In this document: piece after piece, positions 56,890 through 64,000 of the stretch
How the letters are laid out: every line of letters starts with the position of its first letter
Position numbering within the stretch: the first letter of the stretch is position 1
From: Nitriliruptorales bacterium
GTDB taxonomy: Bacteria; Actinomycetota; Nitriliruptoria; Euzebyales; JAHELV01
Direction: 5' to 3'
Assembly: GCA_024644015.1 (NCBI GenBank)
Contig: JAHELV010000003.1
Span: forward strand, 44,166 to 108,165
DNA: 64,000 nucleotides
Program-made: the position numbers and the translations under genes
The notes under the pieces: generated by a model
What the model was told of the DNA's origin: nothing
Databases searched by the model: none
What the model saw: only the letters and a program-made list of their open reading frames with translations

Positions 56890-58194
56890 ATGAACGTCCC
56901 AGCCCTGACCGCCGCTCCCGAGGCGCTGGCCGCTGCCACCCCGCCGGACCGCGACCGCTACCTGGATCTCCTTCGCGCACTGTCGATCGCCGCCGTCGTG
57001 TTCGGCCACTGGCTGGTCGCCGTCGTGTGGATCGGGGACGGGCAGCTACGCGCTGCCGCTGCGGTCGATCTGTCGCCGGCAACTCAGTGGGCGACCTGGA
57101 TCGTGCAGGTGATGCCGCTGTTCTTCCTGGTCGGCGGGGTCGTCAACGTGCGCTCCTGGCGTGCGACACGGCTCGCCGGCGGTGCCTACGCATCCTGGAT
57201 CGCCAGGCGAGCAGCCCGGCTGCTGCGGCCGACCACCGTGCTCGTATGGGTGTGGCTGGTGCTGGCACCGACCGCGCTCCTGGCAGGTGTCGATCGGGGG
57301 ATGATCCTGCTCGGCGCCCGGAGTGCGCTGGTGCCGCTGTGGTTCCTGGCGGTCTACCTGCTGATGATCGCACTCGTGCCGCCACTGCTCGGCCTGTACG
57401 AGCGTCTGGGCCTGTGGCTGCCCGCCGTCTGCATCGCGGGCGCGGCGACGGTCGACGCCGCCGTGGACGCGACGGTGCCGGCGATGGTCAACTATCTGCT
57501 GGTCTGGGCTGTGCCGACAACCCTCGGGTTCGCCTGGGCGGACGGACGGTTGGACCGGCGGTTCGTGCGGATCGGATTGCCGCTGGCGGGCCTCGCGGCG
57601 CTGATGGCGGCGGTCACGCTGGCCGGCTACCCGGTCAGCATGGTCGGTCTGGCCGAGGCGGGGACCGACGGCCCGAACGTGCCAGCCGTCACGCTGGCGC
57701 TCCTCGGCTGCGTGCAGACGGGGATCGCGAGCGCCGCGCGCACACCCGTGACGGCGTGGCTGCAGCGCCCCGGGACCTGGGCGTGGGTGGTGCGACTCAA
57801 CGCGGTGGCCATGACCGTCTACCTGTGGCACCTGACGGTGCTCGTGCTCGTGGTGGGAGGGTTGACCCTCACGGGATCGTGGTGGTCGATCACCCCTCTG
57901 TCCGTCGCGTGGTGGGCGACCAGGCCGCTGTGGCTGGCTGCGCTGGCGACGTGCCTCGCGCCGGTCGTCGTCGCGCTGTCGCCGATCGAGCACAGCGTCC
58001 CGGCGCCCCGCCCCCGCGGTCGCGGCTTCGCGGCGACCGCAGGCATGGTCGCGGTACCGCTGGCCGCCGCCGTCGCGATCGCTGCGCTGACACTCGGTGG
58101 GGTGCTCGGAGTGCCGGCGGTCGCGGGCACGATCCTGTTGACGGCCGCCGCCGTCCATGCCGGCGCCTTCGCGCCTCGGACGGTGACCCGATGA
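56890..58194 (+). CDS. Acyltransferase family 3 (AT3) integral membrane O-acyltransferase
   Basis: ATG 56890, with GAGGAGGA 5 nt upstream. RDRYLDLLRALSIAAVVFGHW (AT3 R..D..R / catalytic His), VMPLFFLVGG, and about 10 TM helices. Confidence 0.85.
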   Translation: MNVPALTAAPEALAAATPPDRDRYLDLLRALSIAAVVFGHWLVAVVWIGDGQLRAAAAVDLSPATQWATWIVQVMPLFFLVGGVVNVRSWRATRLAGGAYASWIARRAARLLRPTTVLVWVWLVLAPTALLAGVDRGMILLGARSALVPLWFLAVYLLMIALVPPLLGLYERLGLWLPAVCIAGAATVDAAVDATVPAMVNYLLVWAVPTTLGFAWADGRLDRRFVRIGLPLAGLAALMAAVTLAGYPVSMVGLAEAGTDGPNVPAVTLALLGCVQTGIASAARTPVTAWLQRPGTWAWVVRLNAVAMTVYLWHLTVLVLVVGGLTLTGSWWSITPLSVAWWATRPLWLAALATCLAPVVVALSPIEHSVPAPRPRGRGFAATAGMVAVPLAAAVAIAALTLGGVLGVPAVAGTILLTAAAVHAGAFAPRTVTR

Positions 58195-59204
58195 CCGACG
58201 CCTGGGTCGAGATCCTGCGGGCGGTTCGCCGGTACCCGTCGCCGCACAACAGCCAGCCGATCAAGCTCCGCATCGTCGACCGGCACTGTGCCGAGCTGTA
58301 CTACGACCTGGATCGCGGCCTGCCGGCGGAGCCGTACGGCATCCCCTTCGGCCACGTCTGCGCGGGCATCTTCGTCGAGCTGTTCGCGATCGCAGCGCAC
58401 GCGCGCGGCTTCGAGGTCGTAGAGCGGCTGCGCGCTGATGCGTTCGACTTCGATGGTGTCGACCGCCTCCACCTGCTCGGCACCTTGACCCTTGTGCCGG
58501 CGGCCGGCCCGGTGCCCGACCTGGATGCGGCCCTGATCGCCGAGCGGCGCACATCCCGGCTGCCGTATCAGCCGCGCACAGTCGACCCGACGGTGATCGA
58601 CGAGCTCGACGCCGAGGCCGGCCGGTGGGGCCATCGGGTGGCGACGACCACCGACGCCGGCCTGGTCGGCACCATCGTCGAGGTCAACCAGCGCACGTTG
58701 TTCGACGACCTGCGCAACCCGGCCGTGCGCCGCGAACTGGCGACGTGGCTGCGATACTCGCGTGACGAGGCGCAGCGCCGCGGGGACGGGCTGTCGGCCG
58801 AGTGCCTGCACCTCCCGGGCCGGGTGCTGCGTTGGTTCGTCGAACATCACCGCTGGTGGTCGCTGCCGGTCCTCGGCGCCCTCGCTCGCCGGCTGTATCG
58901 GCGGTCGATGCGTGGGGTCCGCCAGCTCGCATGGATCGTCGGCCCCTTCGACACCACCGAGGACTTCGTCCGTGCCGGCCGGGTGTTCATCCGCTGCTGG
59001 CTGCGGCTGACGGCGCACGGCGTGGCGCTGCAGCCGCTCGGCTCGGTCATCACCAACCCCGAGTCCCACGCCGCATTCACCGCGGCGGTGTCCGAGCGAT
59101 CCGACGGCATGGCGTGGATGCTCATGCGCGTCGGCTACAGCGCCGAACCTCCGCGCAGCCATCGGCTGCCAGCCGACGGGCTGCTGCTCGCGGAGGCCGG
59201 CTGA
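58191..59204 (+). CDS. Nitroreductase-superfamily flavoprotein, about 337 aa (Acg-like tandem-domain size)
   Basis: ATGA overlap with the AT3 stop. ILRAVRRYPSPHNSQPIKLRIV is the nitroreductase N-terminal motif. Length fits two-lobed Acg-type proteins. This is only the last 337 aa of the 789-aa track ORF. Confidence 0.68.
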   Translation: MTDAWVEILRAVRRYPSPHNSQPIKLRIVDRHCAELYYDLDRGLPAEPYGIPFGHVCAGIFVELFAIAAHARGFEVVERLRADAFDFDGVDRLHLLGTLTLVPAAGPVPDLDAALIAERRTSRLPYQPRTVDPTVIDELDAEAGRWGHRVATTTDAGLVGTIVEVNQRTLFDDLRNPAVRRELATWLRYSRDEAQRRGDGLSAECLHLPGRVLRWFVEHHRWWSLPVLGALARRLYRRSMRGVRQLAWIVGPFDTTEDFVRAGRVFIRCWLRLTAHGVALQPLGSVITNPESHAAFTAAVSERSDGMAWMLMRVGYSAEPPRSHRLPADGLLLAEAG

Positions 59205-60745
59205 TGGTCTGGACGATCCGCGTGCTGGCCACAGTCGCCGAGTCGGTCATCGGCCTGCTCATGCGCGGCCGACGCACCCGCGTGCTGCTGCTCGCGCCCG
59301 GCCTCGAGCGGGTCCGGTGGCGGGTGGGGCGCTGGCGCGCCCGTCGCGCCGCCGACCGCGCCAGGCGTCAAGTGCCGGCGTACACCCGGCACCTGGACGC
59401 GCGCGCCGGCGCGCCGGTCCGCCGCTTCGAGGACCTGCCGGAGACCGACAAGGCGTCCTACATCACGCCGAACCGCCTCGAGGCCCTCTGCCGCCACGGC
59501 CGTCTGCCGCGACGCGGGGTCGTGCTCGACGAGTCGTCCGGAAGCAGCGGCACTCCCACCAGTTGGGCGCGAGGTCCAGCGGAGCGTCGAGCGACGGCCC
59601 GGATGCTGCGATCGACGTTCGCCCGTGGCCTCCACGACGGCCCGGTGGTGGTCCTCAACGCCTTCTCGCTGGGTGCATGGGCCACCGGGCTGAACGTCAG
59701 CATGGCGCTGTCGTCGACGTGCAGGATCAAGTCCACGGGACCCGACCGCGACAAGATCATCCACACGCTGCGCGAGCTGGGGCCCGACTACAGGTACGTC
59801 GTCCTCGGCTACCCACCGTTCTTGAAGGACGTCGCGGACGACCCTCGGCTGGACCTGTCCCACTACGACGTGACCGCGGGGTTCGGCGGCGAGGGACTCA
59901 GCGAGAACATGCGGTCGTACCTGTTGCGCTCATACCGCCGGGTGAAGGGCTCCTACGGGGCATCGGACCTCGAGATCAACCTCGCGGCCGAGAGCGACTT
60001 CACGATAGCCCTGCGTCGCGAGCTGGCGGACAATGAACCGTTGCGCGCGGAGCTGCTGCGCCACGCCGGAGGGGTGCTGCCGATGGTGTTCCAGTTCAAC
60101 CCGCTGGACTACGTGATCGAGACGAACGCCGCGGGCGAACTGGTCGTCACGGTGTGCCGCGCCAGCAACCTGTCGCCCCGCATCCGGTACAACATCCACG
60201 ACGTCGGCCACGTCATGCGCATGCCGGCGCTCCGGCGGGTGCTGCGGCGGCACGGTGTTGCGCATCTGCTCGAGCAACCGGCACTGGATCTGCCCGTGCT
60301 GTTCCACTACGGCCGGTCCGACGCGTCGCTGGACTACTACGGAGCGGTCGTGACGCCAGACGGTCTGCGTGATGCGCTGTACGCCCAGCCGGAGCTGGCC
60401 GGTCGTATGCGCGAGTTCCGGCTGATCAGCTGGGAGGACGGCAGCGCCACCGCCCACCTGACGTTCGCGGTCGAGCTCCAGCCGGGACGCGAGCGCGACG
60501 GTCTGGACGAGGCGTCGCTCGGCGCCGCCGTCACGCGACATCTGGCCGGCTGCAACGCCGACTTCGCCAACGCCTGTCGGGTGGCCGCAGCGGGCGCCGA
60601 ACCGCGCCTCCGCCTGTTCGCGGCGGGCAGCGGGCCGTTCGGCGACGGCGCCGGGCTGAAGTACCGGTACGTCAGCCAGGTCGACGCGGCCGGTGCAGCG
60701 GCGCTCGGGCTCGGTGGCGTCGACGTGCGGCGTCGTGGGCGCTGA
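59204..60745 (+). CDS. Adenylate-forming enzyme of the PaaK/CapK/F390-synthetase-like family
   Basis: TGATG overlap with the upstream stop. LPETDKASYI, P-loop-like DESSGSSGTPTSW, FSLGAWATG, FGGEGLSENM, and GSYGASDLE. 513 aa, which is the last part of the 647-aa track ORF. Confidence 0.68.
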   Translation: MVWTIRVLATVAESVIGLLMRGRRTRVLLLAPGLERVRWRVGRWRARRAADRARRQVPAYTRHLDARAGAPVRRFEDLPETDKASYITPNRLEALCRHGRLPRRGVVLDESSGSSGTPTSWARGPAERRATARMLRSTFARGLHDGPVVVLNAFSLGAWATGLNVSMALSSTCRIKSTGPDRDKIIHTLRELGPDYRYVVLGYPPFLKDVADDPRLDLSHYDVTAGFGGEGLSENMRSYLLRSYRRVKGSYGASDLEINLAAESDFTIALRRELADNEPLRAELLRHAGGVLPMVFQFNPLDYVIETNAAGELVVTVCRASNLSPRIRYNIHDVGHVMRMPALRRVLRRHGVAHLLEQPALDLPVLFHYGRSDASLDYYGAVVTPDGLRDALYAQPELAGRMREFRLISWEDGSATAHLTFAVELQPGRERDGLDEASLGAAVTRHLAGCNADFANACRVAAAGAEPRLRLFAAGSGPFGDGAGLKYRYVSQVDAAGAAALGLGGVDVRRRGR

Positions 60746-60868
60746 CACCGTTGCCGGATGTACCTACCGCGATCAGGTAGCCACCGGCACACCAGATGGG
60801 TCGAAGTCCGCTGACGCCCGTCGGCGATGGGACCGACGATCACGTGACACCGATCAACAGGAGTCGCT

Positions 60869-63397
60869 GTGGACGCCGTGCGCTCGAGTGCTGACCAACG
60901 GGCACAGCGGTGCCCGTCGTGCTGGACGCCCCTGGGTGGGCCGCTGCCGCCGGCGTGCCCGGTCTGCCGGCTCCCCGTCGGCGGCGAACTGTGGCAGCGT
61001 GTGACAGCGCTCAACGCACGCATCGCCGAGCTGACCGCCGAACGGCGGGCGCTGCTGGCCCCGCCCGCGCCGCAGCGGGAACGGTCCGCGACACCGCACG
61101 CCAGCGACGGCGCCGGCGAGGTCGACCCGACGCCGGGCGTCGCGCTGTCACGTGGGCCGGACCGGCCGGGCGCTGTGCGTGCCTGGCTTGGCGCCGCGGG
61201 TCCGCAGACGCTGCTCGCGGCCGGTGGCGTGCTGCTGCTGGTGATCGCAGCCATCGTGTTCACCGCGGTCGCGTGGCGTGAGCTGCCACTGCTCCTGCGT
61301 GGCGGCCTGCTGCTGGCGGCATCGGCGGGCTGCGCCGCGCTGACCGGTTCGCTCACGCGTCGTGGTCTGCCCCGTACGGCCGAGGCGACCGGGGTGTTGT
61401 CGGTGGCCCTGCTCGCGGTGCTCGTCAACGGGCTGTGGCGCGGAGGCCTGCTCGACGGTGTCGGCGGCGGGCTCGTGGTGTTCGCGCTGACCGCCGTCAC
61501 GCTCGCCGCGGTCTCGCACCTGCTCGCCCGCGCGACGAACACCGGAGCACCGTTCGTGCTCGCCGCCTGGATGGCTCCCGCGGCGGCGGTCGCGGCCGGT
61601 GTGCGGGTCGCCGAGGCGCTCGCACCCCTGCGGATACCGGCGAGCGACCCCATCGCGGTGACCGCGGCGCTGCTCGCGGGCGCAGCCGTCGGGTGTGCGT
61701 ACGCGGAGCGCATGCTCGCCGGCCTGCCTGGATGGCGGCTTGGCACGCAGCTGGCCGGGGTGCTGCTGTGGCTGCTGTCGGTCGGCGGTCTTGTGCTGAC
61801 GTTGGCAGGCCTCGCTCCGAGCGTGCGGGAACAGCTGGGTCCGTTCGCCGCCGCCCTGGTTCTCGCCGCCGTCGGGGTCGGTGCGGCGGCGGGCGCGCGG
61901 CGCCTGGGTGGCGGTTCCCGCTGGTGGCGCATGGCAGGCGTGGCGGGCATGTGGTTCGCGGCGACGCTCGGCGCTGCCGGCGCGTTGTGGGAGCGCAGCG
62001 CGGCATGGCCCCAGCTGCAGGTCGTCGTCCCACTGGCGCTGGGCATCGCGGCGTTGTCGTGGTGCACGTCGCGGTCAGCCCGGCGCGGCGCGATCGTGGG
62101 GCTGCTGCCGATCACGCTCGCCGGGCTGACAGTTGTGGCCGACGCGGTCGAGGGCGTCCTCGAAGTGGCCGTGTGGCGGCTGGCCGCGCCGTGGACGGAC
62201 GTGCAGCGCGCCGCCCTGCTGGCCGTCGGCCCGTCGTCGCTGTTGTCCGCGTTCGCCGTCGTCGCCCTCGTCGTCGCGGTCGTCTGGCGGGTCGACCGCG
62301 TCGCCGCCACGGCGACAGCACTGGCCGGCGGCGGCATGGTCGGCGTCGCCGTCGGCGCGGCAGTCTGGCATGCCGGCGGGGGCTCGGTCGTCGCGCTCGG
62401 CATCGTTGCAGGCGCTGCCGTTGCCGTCCGACGCCACACGCCTGCGACGGTCCCGTTGCTGGCGGTCCTGAGCGCCACGGTCCTGGCGGTGACGCTCGCT
62501 CTGGCGACCGAGGCCCTGACGATCGCGACGCTGGCGATCGCTGCGGGGGTGACGCTGCCCGCCGTGGCGACCCGCGACCGCCGTGCGACGGTCGTCGCGC
62601 CCGCACTCGTGACGGCCGACGTGATCGGCCTGGTCGCTGCCGGCGTCGCTGCGGCGACGGCTGGTCCCGGGCCGGTCGGTGTGGCGATCGGTGTCGCAGC
62701 GGCTGGAGCGTGGATGGTCGCGTCGGCGACACGAGCCCGGCCTTCCGCCTCGACGGCGGTCGAAGGGACAGCGGCGGCCGCCTTCGGCATCGCGATCGGG
62801 CTCGCGGCGGCCGCCGACGCCGCGCCCTGGCTGGCGGTCACGCTGGGTCTGCTGGCGGTTGCGGCTGCTGGGGTAGCCGTCTGGCGGCCCGATCGACGGT
62901 GGATGCGATGGGTCGCCACCGCGGCAGCATCGGCGTCGTCGTGGACGGTGCTGTCGGATCTCGACATCGACCTCGTCGAGGCGTACACGGTGCCACCGGC
63001 GCTCGCGATCAGCGCACTGGGAGCGGCGTCGCTGCGCGCCCACCCGTCCGCATCGTCATGGCCGGTGCTGGGTACCGGCCTGAGCCTGCTGACGGTACCC
63101 ACGGTCGCGCAGCTCATGGCGGACCCCGGCGATCTGCGGCGCCTCGTCGTCACGGTCGTCGCGGGCTCGGTCCTGGCGGCCACCGGCCGTGCGCTGGGTC
63201 TCCAGTCACCGCTCGTGGCCGGTGTCGGCGCGCTGACGATGGCCGCGCTCTCCCAGCACGATGTCATCACGGATCTGCTGCCGCGCTGGGTGCTGCTCGC
63301 CGCCGCCGGCACCCTGCTGTTGTGGCTGTCGATCAGTTACGAACGCCAACGCGAGCGTGTCGCCGCGGCGACACGCCGGCTGGCGACGATGCGGTGA
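60869..63397 (+). CDS. Large polytopic membrane protein with N-terminal zinc-ribbon and coiled-coil (possibly SCO7613-C-terminal-domain type)
   Basis: 842 aa. GTG start with CAGGAG 5 nt upstream. CPSCWTPLGGPLPPACPVC, then LWQRVTALNARIAELTAERRALL, a Pro/Ala linker, then about 700 aa of near-continuous A/L/G/V-rich TM segments. Confidence 0.7.
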   Translation: MDAVRSSADQRAQRCPSCWTPLGGPLPPACPVCRLPVGGELWQRVTALNARIAELTAERRALLAPPAPQRERSATPHASDGAGEVDPTPGVALSRGPDRPGAVRAWLGAAGPQTLLAAGGVLLLVIAAIVFTAVAWRELPLLLRGGLLLAASAGCAALTGSLTRRGLPRTAEATGVLSVALLAVLVNGLWRGGLLDGVGGGLVVFALTAVTLAAVSHLLARATNTGAPFVLAAWMAPAAAVAAGVRVAEALAPLRIPASDPIAVTAALLAGAAVGCAYAERMLAGLPGWRLGTQLAGVLLWLLSVGGLVLTLAGLAPSVREQLGPFAAALVLAAVGVGAAAGARRLGGGSRWWRMAGVAGMWFAATLGAAGALWERSAAWPQLQVVVPLALGIAALSWCTSRSARRGAIVGLLPITLAGLTVVADAVEGVLEVAVWRLAAPWTDVQRAALLAVGPSSLLSAFAVVALVVAVVWRVDRVAATATALAGGGMVGVAVGAAVWHAGGGSVVALGIVAGAAVAVRRHTPATVPLLAVLSATVLAVTLALATEALTIATLAIAAGVTLPAVATRDRRATVVAPALVTADVIGLVAAGVAAATAGPGPVGVAIGVAAAGAWMVASATRARPSASTAVEGTAAAAFGIAIGLAAAADAAPWLAVTLGLLAVAAAGVAVWRPDRRWMRWVATAAASASSWTVLSDLDIDLVEAYTVPPALAISALGAASLRAHPSASSWPVLGTGLSLLTVPTVAQLMADPGDLRRLVVTVVAGSVLAATGRALGLQSPLVAGVGALTMAALSQHDVITDLLPRWVLLAAAGTLLLWLSISYERQRERVAAATRRLATMR

Positions 63398-63439
63398 GAT
63401 GTCGGCGGGGCGAGGCCGGCCCGTTGGGTGGACGTCGGA

Positions 63440-64000
63440 CTAGTGCTGCGATGCGGCCGTCGCGTCGGCCGGTTCGTTCTGGTCGAACAGGTCGGAGAAC
63501 ACCTGTCGTTGCGCGGCGCGCACCGCCACGAGGTCGAGCTGCAGCGTGTCACCCCAGCGCAGCAGCCGCTCGGCTGTCGCGGTGCCCACACGCCTGCACG
63601 ACAGCTCAGCGGCGGCGCACGCCCGCTCGAGGCTCGCGCCGGTGCTCGGCGACGTCGACACGACGACGCGGCTGGGGGACTCGCTGAACAGCCATTGGTG
63701 GGCCGGCAGCGCAGGCGCCGCGTCGATGACAGCACCGAACCGCTCGCCACAGGTCTCGACCAGTGTCGTCAGCACCCCTCCGGTGGCGACGTCGTGCGCG
63801 CTGCCGAGCAACCCGGCGTCGGCGGCGGCCACCAGCAGGTCCTGCAGCCGTCGTTCCTCGTCCAGGTCGATCTCCGGCGGGCGCCCGGCGATGCGTCCGG
63901 CGGTGCGCCACAGGAACTCGGATCCGCCGAGGCCCGGCCTGGTTTCCGCGCCGACCAGGTACAGCACCGCACCGGGCTCGCGCACGGTGTTGCCGACCGC
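63440..64000 (-). CDS. purL: Phosphoribosylformylglycinamidine synthase subunit PurL, C-terminal part (5' end beyond window)
   Basis: The frame stays open to the window edge (...AVGNTVREPGAVLYLVGAETRPGLGGSEFL...SAHDVATGGVLTTLVETC...LFSESPSRVVV). Confidence 0.9.
   Translation of the reverse strand, partial: AVGNTVREPGAVLYLVGAETRPGLGGSEFLWRTAGRIAGRPPEIDLDEERRLQDLLVAAADAGLLGSAHDVATGGVLTTLVETCGERFGAVIDAAPALPAHQWLFSESPSRVVVSTSPSTGASLERACAAAELSCRRVGTATAERLLRWGDTLQLDLVAVRAAQRQVFSDLFDQNEPADATAASQH

Noticed and set aside
56835-60745. Track ORFs of 789 aa (56835-59204) and 647 aa (58802-60745) that look like large fusion proteins
   Set aside because: Only the last 337 aa and 513 aa respectively are protein-like, and each begins at an ATG that overlaps the previous gene's stop. 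The N-terminal parts overlap the neighbouring real genes out of frame and are Arg/Gly/Pro junk.
60337-63312. 991-aa minus-strand ORF, the longest in the track
   Set aside because: It is exactly antisense to the 842-aa membrane-protein gene. Its composition is dominated by Ala/Thr/Ser/Pro/Arg runs with no motifs and no SD. This is the typical mirror ORF of a GC-rich gene whose sense strand avoids antisense stops.

Overview
Visibly GC-rich (about 70% by eye, not computed) Actinomycetota chromosomal segment spanning the replication origin. On the minus strand lie dnaA-dnaN-recF-DUF721-gyrB-gyrA-DUF3566. On the plus strand lie rpmH-rnpA-yidD-yidC-jag-rsmG-parA-parB. DnaA-box clusters sit on both sides of dnaA, and there are two near-perfect parS sites. 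Downstream come blocks I recognise from memory of M. tuberculosis synteny: cwlM-trxA-trxB-sigM/anti-sigM-murJ-cca, ino1-padR-DUF5318-ponA, qcrCAB, and purL/purF/purM. Less expected genes are interspersed:
- ddl translationally coupled to an aminotransferase
- an orphan pilT
- a REC-EAL phosphodiesterase
- malQ
- the Ni-SOD pair sodN/sodX
- a Tad/CpaE-like remnant with no ATPase
- an internally deleted HNH (DUF222) endonuclease relic
- a ~9 kb insertion between purF and purL
That insertion is my best candidate for an undescribed system. It carries a NarL-type two-component system divergent from a translationally coupled operon (AT3 acyltransferase, nitroreductase-like protein, PaaK/CapK-like adenylating enzyme), followed by an 842-aa Zn-ribbon polytopic membrane protein. 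Most of the window is core housekeeping. I saw no rRNA, tRNA, CRISPR array or intact mobile element. Roughly half of the ORF-track entries are antisense or out-of-frame artefacts typical of high-GC DNA. All family calls are motif recognition by eye; no searches were run, and several start codons are uncertain.
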